NCBI RefSeq assembly: GCF_018977255.1
Contig: NW_024704742.1
Coordinates: forward strand, 50,966,001-51,030,000
Direction of reading: 5' to 3'
Source of the DNA: Callorhinchus milii
Taxonomy: Eukaryota
DNA length: 64,000 nt
Below are positions 12,341-25,245 of the stretch, piece by piece. The position numbers were made by a program, and so were the translations under genes. Within the stretch, counting starts at the first letter, position 1; each line of letters opens with the position of its first letter. The notes under the pieces were generated by a model. It had not been told where the DNA came from, searched no databases, and worked only from the letters and a program-made list of their open reading frames with translations.

Positions 12341-13499
12341 TGGGATCAATCACACCTTCAGGACATTTTCTGGTCAAATAGCTAAAAACCACTGACATTC
12401 TATATTCACACATGAAGAAAGGCCACTTAGTGGATATATTTTTATCCAGGAAGATATATAATTCAGGATTAATTGTATAATGTACATTTTTTTAACTGAA
12501 GGACAAATACATGTTTCTTCTATATTCATTGTTTCAGGCAGGATAACAGATCCACTGGTGCCAGGTGCCCTCTGAGGTTCACCCAAGTGTCTATTCTTCA
12601 CAGGTTGATCCAGTATATTAAATGGTTGTGGGTGATTTCACCACGGAAAACATCACAGCTGTGACTCGGTCCATTCTCACAAGGGTCCCCATACAAAGGA
12701 GATCAGAAGCAGTATATTTTCTCTCCCGAGTACATAAAAGCTCCCTGAATGTTGCCTCTTTAAAATTGAGTATTGATTTTTTTAAGTAGTTAGTTTTAAA
12801 AATGGCTTTAAATTCTACTAACCTACTCACTCCCTCCACACTGGCCTGCTTTGTGTCCCCTGCTCAACCTGCCCCACATTGACGCTCAAGACCTTCCTTT
12901 TTGACCATGCCTTCGGTCAACTTTCCCCTACCACCCCCATCTCCCCTTTCGAATCCAAACCTGGCTCAGGTATAAACTCTGGACTGTCCATTGCCTTGAG
13001 ATGTCTTCTCTACATAAATGATACTGTATAAATGTAATTTATTATTATTGCTGTTAGCTTTGCGACCACATAAAAGATAATTTTCCTGTCCCCTGCCCCT
13101 TGCTCAGCATTTGTTCCAGTCATTTGTAAAGCGCTCCAATTGTAAAGAGTTATTCTACACGAAGAGCTCTCTGTACATGCTGCTGCTGTTGTTGACTGAA
13201 AGGGAAATTACATGCATTCTAAAAATCTGATTTATTGTCAAACGAAATATAAATGGGATGGAGAATTTGATAAAAACATTTTATCAACCTGTTACACTAG
13301 TTTCACTACTGTTAACAATATAAATATGACACTGCTGCCAATGTTTACTGGACTAACCTGTTCATATAGTTTCATCGAATATCACCAATTATGAAGCAAT
13401 GTTAATCTTACAAAACCGGTTCCTTTGTTTCTCAATGAATCCTGGAACTAGGATTTAACATTCCAATGTTAAGATCATTGTGGAGTACAGCCTTGGAGA

Positions 13500-14310
13500 G
13501 CAACAACAACAAAATTACATTTGTATAACGCCTTCCATGTCGGGAGCACGTCCCAAGACGCTGGACAGACAGAGTTACAGACCCGAGCGGAGGGTCGTGT
13601 TGGGGGAGGGCAGAGGGGGGAGTAGGGAGATCAAAAGCATGGCCAAAGAGGTGGGTCTTGAAGGTGGTGAGGGAGGAGGTGAGATGGAGGGACTGCGGGG
13701 TGGAGTTCTAGAGGGTGGGTGCAGAGTGGTGGAAGGCCTGCCTGCTGATAGTGGGGCAAGCAAGGCGGGGGCGTGAAGTAGACCAGAGCCCCCTGAGCGG
13801 AGAGAGCAAACAGGGTGGTAGGGGGTTAGGAGGTCAGAGAGGTAGGGGGGTGCAAGTCCATGGAGGGCTTAGAAGGTGAGAACCAGGATCTTGAACTGTA
13901 TCCTCTGTGTGATGGGAAGCCAGGGGAGTTGGGCAAGGATGGGGGTGATAGGGTCTCGGAGCCTAGTGCAGGAGAGGACACGGGCTGCAGAGTTCTGGAT
14001 GATCTGAAGCCTGTCGAGGGAGGAGTTGGGGAAGCCAACAAGCAGTGAGTCTGCATAGTCGAGCCTCAATGTAACGAATGCGTGTATGAGGGTTTCGCCA
14101 GCTTGCGGTGTGAAACGTGTTGGAAGTCGGGCGACGTTGCAGAGGTGGGGGAAGGCAGAGTGGTTCATGGCACAGATGTGGGTTAGAAAGGATAGTTAGA
14201 GTCAAATAAGATCCCAAGGTTCCGGATTGGCTTAGCAAGGTGGAGTGTGCAACTATGGATGGTGATCCTGTCAGCATCTGAAGTGAGGAGGTGCTGACGG
14301 GAGCCAATCT
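13500..14310 (-). mobile_element. L2-clade LINE fragment
   Basis: HAFVTLRLDYADSLLVGFP...LQIIQNSAARVL...WLPITQRIQFKIL plus tail. Confidence 0.9.
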
Positions 14311-14424
14311 GGAAAGCCTCAGTTTGTAAAAAACAAAGTATTTTCATTTAATGGAATTGGTGTTATTACCAAAACTTTTTTTTTTTTTAAATGTATATCA
14401 CCACAATTACTTTCCAATTTCTGG

Positions 14425-14570
14425 AGTGTCAGCCGAGAGTCTGACACATGTAGAAACCCATCTCCATGCTTATGAGTGTCCAAGCTAAGCTGAAAATTCC
14501 ATGCATCCTACCAACACATGGAAATCCCAGAGATAGATTGTTGGACTGGAATGTGCACTCTTACTTTCCA
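14425..14570 (-). repeat. Unclassified repeat family, terminal fragment
   Basis: GTCAGCCGAGAGTCTGACACATGTAGAAACCCATC...CATGGAAATCCCAGAGATA. Confidence 0.75.
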
Positions 14571-15004
14571 ATACAATACAAGGGGTCAGGCTCGATCATG
14601 ATCCAGGCACTAGGTCTGATTGCATAGAAAATTTAGCCCAGTGTTCTTGGGCCAATGCACTTTAGAACATATCACAAAAGTACACATGTAGAAAGAGCTT
14701 TAAAAGAGCCCTTGATCTAATCTACGTGAACTAGTTGGGCCGAATGGCCTATTTTCATGTTTCTCTCTAATTCCAGAAAACCCACCCTGGAACAGTTCGC
14801 ACTTCTTTGCTGCCCCTCAGCTGGTCAACTGTGCAGAAATAAATGAGTGGGATAATTCTTGTACATGACTTTGATCTACCCTTGCTGAAAGCAGAGACAT
14901 ATAGATCTTGTGGAGATGCTGCATCAACAGTTTCCCAATCCTCGTCAGTTATTTGCACATTTATATTGACTCGCCCTAGCTCTCTTATACAAGTTAAACT
15001 CAGC

Positions 15005-15360
15005 AAGAACAACAATAAATTACATTTGTATAGCACCTTTCATATTGAGAGGATGTACCAAGGCGCTGGACAGTCAAGAATTTGGAACCGAGCTGGAGGT
15101 TAGATAGGGATGGTTGGAGGGCAGGAAGGATAGGGTTAAAAGGATGACTGAAGATGCGGTTGAACAGGAAGGTATTCAGACACGCCTTGAACAGGAAGGT
15201 ATTCAGACAGGCCTTGAAAGAGGCAGGGAATGTGGGATGAACAAAGTGTTGGGGCAGAAATAGTGGGGCAGGCCGGTGCCCACTGAGCAGAGAGAGTGGA
15301 CAGCTCTGTATGGAGTTAGCTGGTCACAGAGGTAGAGAGGAGCAAGGCCGTGGAGGCAAC
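15005..15360 (-). mobile_element. L2-clade LINE 3' fragment
   Basis: LHGLAPLYLCDQLTPY and degenerate 3' tail; contains a 27-bp tandem duplication. Confidence 0.8.
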
Positions 15361-16789
15361 CCACCCAATACATCAAAATAAAATTTAAAAAATAAAGAAT
15401 ACAATTTTTTGGACTCCTTAAAACCCAACTCTTTAGCGATACAATTTTGGCCACCATCATTAAATTTGCCTTTGTCTTCTAATTGTTCAGTGCTCCCCAT
15501 CGTCTCTACGAAACAATTCAAGATGTTTCATCCACAAAACACAATCACTACACTTTACAGTGTATCCTGTGAAGTGCTTTGAGACATCTCAAAGATGTGA
15601 TAAGGCGCTATATCAAATGCAAGGATTATTATTATTTTACACCAAGAAGGCTAACTATCAAGAACAGCAACGGACTGTTCTTGGCAACAGGATTCATGCA
15701 GTGTGCAAAACTGAGTGGCTTTGACAAGACTGTCATAGACAAATCGCTTCGATTCCCCTGCCGTACAAAGAGTGGAATATCCTAGGAAACTTCATTCAAG
15801 TCACACAAAAATAATTATTCTTGAAATTGTTATACAACTGAGATTTTTCTACACATTCCAACTACGTATTTAAAATCTCTTTGTGCGGATAATAATCCCT
15901 TCAAAAATAAATAATTTGGTCACTCAATCCACGACTGTTTGTGGGACACTGCTGTGCTCAATTGGCTCTTGTGTTTCACCCACAAGGCATAGAGTCAATT
16001 CAGTTTACAGTATATTCTGTGAAGCGCTTTAAGACATAAAATAATAAGGCACTATATCAAATGCAAGGATTATTATTATTATTTCCAACGTCCTACTTTC
16101 TTGGCTTCTCACTCTGAATGTCTTCACTTAATCCTGTTTTCTATTAGTTAACTTTAATCAGGTTATTCCTTCTCCACTTCTAATACAAAGTAAGGATTTA
16201 TGCTTAGTAAAAATAAAAGTGACTTAAGGTATAGCAGAAGGACAAAAAATTTAAGTGTTTGAAATATTATATTTTGACATTAAAGTTTTAAATATGGTAT
16301 TTTGTTTCAGATATACAATATTAAAAAAATACGATTACATGATTTTTGCTATTCTATCAGATGCATACACAGAAATATTAAGCAATTAGACACCAAATGC
16401 ATGCGTTAGCCAGAGTGAAATTCTGCTTTTATCAGAAAAAAATACAAAGATGAATTACAATCCTTCTAATCCTTAATCATTTTGTTGGCCTCAGCATAAC
16501 TGTGAAATTACGCAACTAGAGGAAGAAAAATGCATCTCAATATGAAGTTTTTCTATACAACTCTATCTTTCTGTGGTCTATATAGGATCAGTTCCTGATG
16601 AGTCAGCAAAGTTCAAAGTTATTCTTCAGTTCCTTTTTTCCTTGGAGGAGCATAGGTTGAAAGCAAAAACTTTAATTTTCCCCTTTGAATATTACGATAC
16701 TGGGTGAGTTTCAACAATCCCCAGAAATCTTCCCCAATTTAGTTTTACACAGCATGCAAACAACAGCAATAAAAAGAATAATAACTCAC

Positions 16790-17180
16790 ACTAATATAGC
16801 ACCTATCAGAGTGGGAGAACATCTCAAAGTACATTTCAAAGATAGAGTGCGAGCCCGAGCTAGGATGGAGGAAGGGGAAGCAGGAGGGAGATGACCAAAG
16901 GCACAGTCAAAGGGATTTTTTTGAAAAAAACAGAGCGGTGGGAACAAAGATAGAGGATTTTGCAAGGGGGTTCCAGAAGGTGAGCTGAAAGCTCACCCAC
17001 TGACGGTGATATGGAGCAGGCAGGGGGCACAAAACAGTCAAGAGTTGGCATAGGATGGCAGGTGATCGCAGGAGTTGGGCAAGGCTGTGAAGGCACATAA
17101 AGGGAATGAGGAAGATCCTAAAGTTGATCAATTGTGGGATAGAGAAACAGTGGAAAAGGGCAACGATTGGGGTGATGAGC
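16790..17180 (-). mobile_element. Old L2-clade LINE 3' fragment
   Basis: Degenerate INFRI..., 3'UTR and tail similarity. Confidence 0.65.
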
Positions 17181-17715
17181 TTGCAGAAGAGGGAGAGGGG
17201 GTAATAAATTTAAAGATTGCACAAATTGCAGAAAGTCATTCTCAAGTATACAGAAAGCAGTGCAGAACACATTCAATGCTTTTCACTAGGGATGTTTACG
17301 TAACCTGTGATATTGATCAGAGAGCTGATCTCCTCAAACTGAGAAAGGTGGACTTAGGAATACCAACAGAACTTGAAAATGTTACATTTTCGAACTTTAA
17401 TAGGTTTAAAATTGGGAAATATAAAGTGTTAATTATCACAAGTAATAATTACCATACTATTGATAAATGTTTTCAACCACTCAAGTTAGTAACAAGACTG
17501 GCCATGGTTATTAACCCCCCACCACACACACAGCCATAATTGCACTTGTCAAGAGCAATGGAACACCAGATTATAAGACACCGAATTGCATTTTACTACA
17601 GATTTACTACCTTAATCCAATTTTTTAGTTAAATCGGTATTCCCCAGCATTGTAATACTACAAATTACACAAATAACAAGACAATAAACTTGCAAAATCA
17701 TAAAGTTTGACATAC

Positions 17716-17820
17716 CTGAAATGGATACTTGTTCTGGCAAGGAAAAGGGCCACTGTCATGCTTCACTACTTCTGCACACTTGATTTTTTGTAGTTCAATG
17801 GAACCCTTTTTATTTTTTTT
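17716..17820 (-). CDS. TEC: TEC coding exon 2 (PH domain), 105 nt
   Basis: [39 protein letters not shown] boundaries; phase 0/0. Confidence 0.96.
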
Positions 17821-18198
17821 CTGGAAGAAAGAGGAAAAAATGTATGTTCACTAAGTATATTTCACAAATGGCTCAAATAAAAGTAATCTTTTTACAGTTT
17901 CCACACATTATTGCTTATTGAATGTGACCAAATCTAATACTACTCAATTTGCTGTTCCTGGAAGAAAGCAAACCCAATGAAAACTTCAGACCTAACTTTT
18001 TATTACACATGTTCAGGAGCAAACAAGGAAATTAGTATGCGCTAGGTTACTAAGCTCCTATCTTGCTCAGGAAATTGTGCACATGGAAGGTAGGGGGAAA
18101 AAATTGGATTGACACATCTGAATAAATCACATCAGTACCATACTGCTTCAGAAATCAGATACAGAATGGCTCTTAACCTTTATCCCTAGATTTAAAAA

Positions 18199-18524
18199 AA
18201 TAATAAATAATAATAATAATCCTTGCATTTAATATAGCGCTTTTCACATCTTCTCGATATCTCAAAGCACTTCACAGAATATGCTGTAAAGTGAATTGAT
18301 TGTATATTTGTGGGCGAAACGAGGCAGCCAATTGCGCACAGCAGTGTCCCACAGTCGTGGATTGAAAATGACCAATTTATTATTGTTTTGTTTTTTGGAG
18401 GGATTATTATTAGGCTGTGTGTGGAGTAAGGAAACTTGCCCAAGGTTTCGCCCTGCCTGGAATTGAACCCAGGTGTCTCGCTTGCAAAGGCGTGTGCTCT
18501 AACCACTGAGCCACAGGACTCCAC
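18199..18524 (-). mobile_element. tRNA-Ala-derived SINE, full-length
   Basis: Head, body and (TTA)n tail as in the 7238-7566 copy. Confidence 0.9.
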
Positions 18525-18919
18525 GGTAAAATAAGGTAAATGCATTTTTGGTTCCATTCACTGGGTTATGCAAAGCTGAACTGGCCAATCAGATAAGCAT
18601 ATTTTGATAAGCTTGTTGTCAGGTTAAGTATAGTGTGAGTTTTTCTTCAACAGTAATAAACTTGGTTTAGCATCAAATTTCAACAGCAACACCCTTCCAA
18701 ACATTGGTGAGAACTGAAAGCAAAAGCCTTTACTTTTCCGGCTATGGAGGGTCCAAACTGCAAGCAGTGCAAAAAAAAATGAATTGTTAACATTTCACCC
18801 CATTCTCATGTTAGAAAAAGTGCGGTAACATTGGGGTGGACCAGTTAACTCGCTAAGACACTGAAATGGGATAAAAATCAATCTCTGGAGATGGTGGCTA
18901 ATGACGTTGAATTTATTAA

Positions 18920-19280
18920 CAACAACTTTCATTTATATTGCGTCCTTAACACGGGGCAGTGTCCTGAAGCGCTTAACAGTGGCAGAGCCTGATGCAGGGA
19001 GGAGGTGACGTAAGCACAGTCAAAGAGGAAGGTTTTCAGTCGTGATCCAAAAGTGGGAAAGAAGGGGGTAAAGCGGAGGGATTGGGGGAGAGTTCCAGAG
19101 CTTTGGGCGCAGTGGCTGAATGCACGGCCACCGATGGTAAAGCGGAGGGGCCGAGGGACAAACAGGAGGTCAGAGACAACCTAGTAGAGGCAGTGGGTAG
19201 TGGAGTGGGGAGAAAGAAGGTCAGAAAGTTAGGGAGGTGCTAGGGTGTAAAGAAATTTGTAGACGAGTGAGAGCATTAAG
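18920..19280 (-). mobile_element. L2-clade LINE 3' fragment
   Basis: Similar to the 3' part of 2708-3510. Confidence 0.7.
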
Positions 19281-19494
19281 GTCATTTCATTTATACTGTA
19301 AGGCCACCCCTGAAGAGAGGGTTGGAATATAAAGAGCATAAAGGATGCAAAGAATTAGAGGTTTAGATACGACAGATCAAAGTATGTTGTATAATATTAT
19401 ACAAGTAATTATACTTATTATATAAGTATAATTCTCAACAACAACTTGCATTTTTCCTTTCAACGGAAGGAAAATAATATGTATGGAAAATAAA

Positions 19495-19686
19495 AAGGAC
19501 CTGGAAATCCCGATTGACAATAAATTGAAGCTCTCCTAACAATGCTCTGTAGCAGTGAGTAAAGCAAACCAGATGTTGGGATGTATCAAAAGATCAATAG
19601 CAAGCCGAAATAGTGGGGTAAAAATCCTGCCACTGTATAAATCATTGGTGAGAACATACTTAGAATACTGTGTACAGTTCTGGTCT
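19495..19686 (+). mobile_element. CR1-clade LINE ORF2 fragment
   Basis: KANQMLGCIKRSIASR...ILPLYKSLVRTYLEYCVQFWS, typical of the CR1 RT C-terminal region. Confidence 0.85.
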
Positions 19687-21909
19687 TTTTCCGTCTAGCA
19701 GTTCTTATGTTATTTATATAATGCTCTTCCTGCGGGTAGTGTCTGAGCACTTAAAATGGATTCAAATCAATTCTTAGTAAATTAATTTCCACTTTTCTCC
19801 CAATTTGCCCTATAAACATGATTAGTAATCTGTCAAGTAAATGATGTTTCCTCCAAAATTGAGTCACAAACAATTTTCTTAGAAAACAAAAAAATTCCAG
19901 AGGAAAAACATTCAGTTATTAAATATTCAGTTGAACTCCCACCTTATGAAGCCTCTATCAATCAGAGTATTCTGTTTTATTTACTGAACAATGTACGGAA
20001 AATTGTTTCATGTGTCCAACCCTTTCATAATCTTGTGACCGGCTGTACAGTCAGTAAAATACTGTACGCCCACTTTATGGTTAGGCTTTCTGTAGATGAC
20101 TGCCATTTGTACCGACAATAGTAAAAATGTACAAAGGAAAAACATGAATAAAATTTCTTTCCAGCCCTTTGCCAATGCTGCTTTGAATTTGACCAATTCG
20201 GGGTAATAAAGCATTCCTGGATTGATTTCCTTTCCTGCCTATGGTTAATACACCCCAAACTCTTCAATGTAGAGATTGAACTATTCAGTATTTTTAAAAT
20301 GGAGAAGGAAATGGACGGTTTGCAATTGAAAAGTACATTTGGTAATAGAAATATTTTTGTTTTATTTGACCTATTTCACAAAGTAAGAGAGAGAATATGT
20401 CACAGGCAGCAGCAGTGCGAAAGGTAAAGTGGAGACATGTATTCAGATCCACTTTTAAAGATATTTACACTGCTGGCAAATGAACTTTCTATTTATATAA
20501 TACTTGCAACACATCTAATTGAAAACCTTTTACAAAAGTACTATACTTTGGTCATTTTGTTTTTAAATAGCTCAAGAAAATCTGTTAAAATTTTCCTATT
20601 CTATGGCTCGACAATCATCATCACTGTGCTAAAATATTGGTGGAAACAGTATTTATTTCCACGAGTACTTCTCATTCAAATATTGTAACTAGATAAGACA
20701 GTGCAGCCCCATTATAATGTACTTCTTTATAGACCAATTCCATTACAATGTGATTGCTGTGCGAACCTCATTTACGCCAGCACTTACACTAAACAATTGC
20801 CGTCTTCAGGGTCATCAGGTCACTACAACATTAACTCCTGCTTTGTGCATACACAGCACCTAGGAAGTGATGGCAGCAGAGGCCTGGACATAGAAGTTGT
20901 CCCTTTTTTAAAAAAAACACAGAAATTGAGTGCGCAGGAAACAAAGTTTCTCAAGAAACTGTTTAAGTCGTAATCACTTCAACCACAGACAAACAATAAT
21001 CGCCTCTTTACAGCATGTTTTAGATGTGAGCATCTCTATAAGTTTGGCTGACTTTGATTAAAAAAAATTAAAAAAAGGTACAAAGTTTCCCGATGATTAA
21101 TTTGTCAACTGCTTCTTGAGAAGCACACTAATAGTATACAGAAGAGAGTCGATTATCCGCTCTAAATAGGACCAGTACCTTTGCAGATAAACAGTGCAGA
21201 TAATTGGCAGCACACAAAATATAATCTGGCTATAGCACCAACTAATATATTGTTCCATTGAGAGTTATGCTGTCACTATAGTACCCCACAGTCTCCAACT
21301 ACCTCTGTGAAGTTGCTCCAACAATAATAATAATAATCCTTGCATTTGATCAAAACGCTTCACAGGATATACTGTAAAGTGTATTGACTGTATATTTTGT
21401 GGGCGAAATGCGGCAGCCAATTGCGCACAGCAGTGTCCCACAAACAGTCGTGGATTGAATGACCAATTTTTTTAATATAATTTTTGGGTAGCAGCTTCCT
21501 AGGATCGCGTAGCCAGGATTTAGAATGACCCCGGAAATCTCACACATAAAATAGTACATGCGTACAATAGGTTTTTTTGCCAATACCTTGCAGAGTCATA
21601 TCCAATATCCACATTGGAGCTTGTGCAGATAAACAAGAGTTCTACCAAAATTCAATTATATTGAATGTATCAAATGTCAAAGTTTACCAATTACTCTTCT
21701 AAATAACTGAAATAGAAATTGATGCAAATCAGTTCTGATTAAAACATTGATACAATGGCATAAATACATCAATATATATTTTGCATTTTAATTGTATCAT
21801 ACGTGTACTATATAGGCACTCTATATAAATTGTTTCCTTCCTTTTATGACAAAATACCCACAGTAAATTATATGGAGGAGAGAAGGAAAAAAGGACCCAA
21901 ACAACATTT

Positions 21910-22290
21910 TTAGGTGTCATCCGCATACATGTGGAAGTTGACCCCATGTCTGTGGATGATGTCACCAAGAGGGAGCATTTAGATATTGAAAAGGAGGGGA
22001 TCAAGGATAGACCCTGAGGAACGCCACACGAGACAGTGCGGGGGCTGGAGGAGAAACCATTTGTGGAGATGAAGTAGAGGCGATGTGAGAGGTATGATCT
22101 GAACCAGTCATGGACAGAGCCGTGAAGGTTGAGGTGAGAGGAGAGGCGGTGGATGAGGATAGAGTGGTCAACGGTATTGAAGGCAGCAGAGAGGTCAAGG
22201 AGGACGAGGAGGCAGAGGGAGCCCTGGTCGCAGATGAACAGAATGTCATTTGTCACTTTAACCAGGGCTGTTTCTGTGCTGCAGTCGGCA
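21910..22290 (-). mobile_element. L2-clade LINE RT-domain fragment
   Basis: NDIL...LLVLLDLSAAFNTVDHSIL...WFRSYLS...CGVPQG and a YADD-like motif. Confidence 0.9.
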
Positions 22291-22639
22291 AAAAATTACA
22301 TTACTTTCAAAGCAGGAAACTCTATTCATATTTCCTATTTAATGATTGCCAGGAACTGCTGAGAGTTTGGTGCATGCACAGTCAAGCACCCACATAGCAT
22401 CACTAAACATTTTTAGTTTTTAAACTCTCATGAAATAATTTCACTATAACTAAAAAATTAGTTCCACAAATTTTTGAGGGAACTTCAAATGAATTTGCAC
22501 CGCCTGCCTTTATATTGTAGGTGTAGGTGAGAATGAATGTTGAAGTGAAACCATCTCCTCAAGGTGGTTTCAGCAAATAGGCTTCAATATTTTTGAGATT
22601 ACAAATCCCAACCAGATTTATATTATATATAAATTCTAG

Positions 22640-23260
22640 GTGAGGCCGCCACTGCCTCACCCCTCAGGCCACCGAAACCCTCATATGCTTTCAATAGAAC
22701 CAGCTTCAACTATGCCAACACCCTGCTTGTCTGCCTCACCAACTCTTCCCTCCACAAGCTGCAGATCATCCAGAACTCTGCAGCTCATGTCCTCTCCCGC
22801 ACCAGGCTCCGTGACCCCATCAGCCCCACTCTCGCCCAGCTCCACTGGCTCCCCATCCCTCAGAGGACTGAGTTCAAAATTCTTGTCTTTACCTTCAAGG
22901 CCTTTGCTCCCTCCGACCTCTCTGACCCGCTATCCACTTACCAACCTGTCCGCTCTCTCCGCTCAGCCTGCTCCATGTCCCCTGCCTGTCCCGCCCCACC
23001 ATCAGAGGTCGAGCCTTCAGCCTCTCTGTTCCCACTCTCTAGATTTCCATCCCACATTCCCTTCACCTCGCTCACTCCCTTGTCTCCTTCAAGGAATGCC
23101 TCAAGACCCTTCTCTTTGACCTTCTCTTCAGCAACCCTCCTACCCTCTCTGCCCTCCACCCTTCCTGATCACCTCACGCTTGGGTCCTAATCTATGACTG
23201 TTCAGCATCTTGGGATGTCCTCCCGACGTGAAAGACACTTTACAAATGTAATTTGTATTG
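22640..23260 (+). mobile_element. L2-clade LINE 3' fragment
   Basis: Frameshifted LHKLQIIQNSAA/LHWLP region and tail GGGATGTCCTCCCGACGTGAAA. Confidence 0.85.
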
Positions 23261-23336
23261 TATTGTTTTTCAAGACAATTTAATTTGATGCTTTTGGTGA
23301 AGCACTGTGAAAACAAGAGGCTATATTAAGCATTAA

Positions 23337-23648
23337 TGGAGTCCTGTAGCTCAGTGGTTAGAGCACTCGCTTTGCAAGTGAGAGACCCGAGTTCAATTCC
23401 AGGCAGGGCGAAACCTTGGGCAAGTTTCCTTACTCCACACGCCTAATAATAATCCCTCCAAAACCAAAAACAATAATAAATTGGTCATTTTCAATCTCCG
23501 ACTGTTTGTGGGACATTGCTGTGCGCAATTGGCTGCCGCGTTCGCCCACAAACATACAGTCAATTCACTTTACAGTGTGTTCTGTGAAGCACTTTGGGAC
23601 ATCCTCCCGACGTGAAAAGCGCTATATCAAATGCAAGGATTATTATTA
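23337..23648 (+). mobile_element. tRNA-Ala-derived SINE, full-length young copy
   Basis: As for 7238-7566. Confidence 0.92.
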
Positions 23649-24019
23649 AAGTCCTGTCGGATAAAATATTAGCATAACTACCTTACGTGCAGTTTGTCTC
23701 TTTGAATAGAATCTCTAAACAGAAACTATTAATAGATATCGAAATTGAGAGGAAAGCATTGGGTGAGTGTCCCTTTAAGAGCACGGTTTCTTACTGTGAT
23801 ACAACTGTCATGTGTTCTTCCCTTCTTGCCCTGTTCCTCTTTTGTCCTTGTAACCAGGAGCAGATTTCAATTCTTCTGAGAAAAGAGACTGAGCGGCATC
23901 TGATATGATGAGGAAGTTACGAAAACAAAAATAGTCCAACTTTGAGTCAGACAACAAACTAAGGAGAATTCTCCCTTCTAATTTCCTTCCACTTTCTCCC
24001 CTCTTTCCTGAAGATAGCC

Positions 24020-24400
24020 AGCTGGAGTACAAGTGTCCAGTTCCCCAGCAGCTTTTCAATACTTTCCCCAAGTTGCCATGCTTCATGCGAGAGCTAGATT
24101 AGTGAATGTTGGCAGGCTGTTCGACCTTGGAGCTTAGATTGATTTTGTCTCACTTCACATACAGTACATGTACTTTGCACCATAGATCAGCAAATAGAGA
24201 TGAGCAGCAGGAATCCTGGATGGTTTGTTTCTCTCCTTCCATAACAAAGGGACCCTGAGCACAAACACTCCAAAGGTTTATCATGTCTGAGATTAGGTAA
24301 CCCAAAACAGCTTATTCTTTTACGTACAGCTCAAAACCACACCATACTGTGCATTTAGACACTGAGTTCCTGGAGTAGCCAAAGTGATGCTCCAGCCGAG
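24020..24400 (-). repeat. Old SINE-like repeat (third family)
   Basis: Reverse complement ...CAGCCTGCCAACATTCAC...CATGAAGCATGGCAACTTGGG resembles 53925-54010 (+); the right part resembles 27250-27430. Confidence 0.5.
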
Positions 24401-25245
24401 AATTTATTCATTGAACCTTCACATAAAAGTGAATTATGATAAAATTAGTGTCGGACAGTATGGGTAGAATCCTTTGTGATTCAACGTTAAGTCCAATCTG
24501 CAGCAATAATAGTGCAGTCATTATCTTGACCTGTAGTTAAACTTATAATGAAAGAAAATAACATCAAGAGAAAATGTTGTGTTGAATCCACTGGACCAAC
24601 GTGTAAATAGAATGAGATCTATCCCAGTGGAATGCTTCTGTAAGCAGCCAAAGCTTAACACAAAGAAATACATCAGGATTATGCAATGAAGTTAAGCTAA
24701 TCTTTGCTGCAAAATACCTGCAAAGTTTGACAGGTGTCCTTGGTTTTATCTGTATGATGTGCACTGTGGACATCAGTAAAAGCATCTCTCTTTTCATGAA
24801 AAGTCAACATAGTAGAGCAAAATTCAGTTCACCTCCCAATGCCTCCACATCTGACGAAAATATAAAATTACACTTTTGTAGAGCACAACATTAACAATTT
24901 AAGTTTCAGAATTTTAATAATTCTTCCAGCCTTTTAAAATTTATTTATCCATTATCTGCTTCCTTATGTAGATTATATAATTTTTTTTACTTCTTCCTAA
25001 TGTTTGCCTTCAAACTACCTTCATTCCTATACAAAGGCTCTTCCAGCCCCCTCCATTTCAATTCTGATGAAGTATTGGACACAAATGTTAACCTATCTAT
25101 GAAGGAATACTGAGACAAATGTTATGCCACTTTCCTCAGCTATGAGATCAGCAACTTCAGCACAGTTCAGGGAACACTTCTGGACCTATCTTGGTCCCTC
25201 TGTTTTTCCATCATACAATACATTTGCCATCAAGAAAGACCCAGT

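Noticed and set aside
17075..17539. 154-aa plus-strand ORF
   Set aside because: Begins in an antisense L2 fragment with a non-ATG start, lies antisense within a TEC intron, and has no recognisable domain.
25060..25100. CTGATGA hammerhead-like cores (also at about 5442, 16595 and 37596)
   Set aside because: No stem II followed by GAAA with proper pairing could be built.
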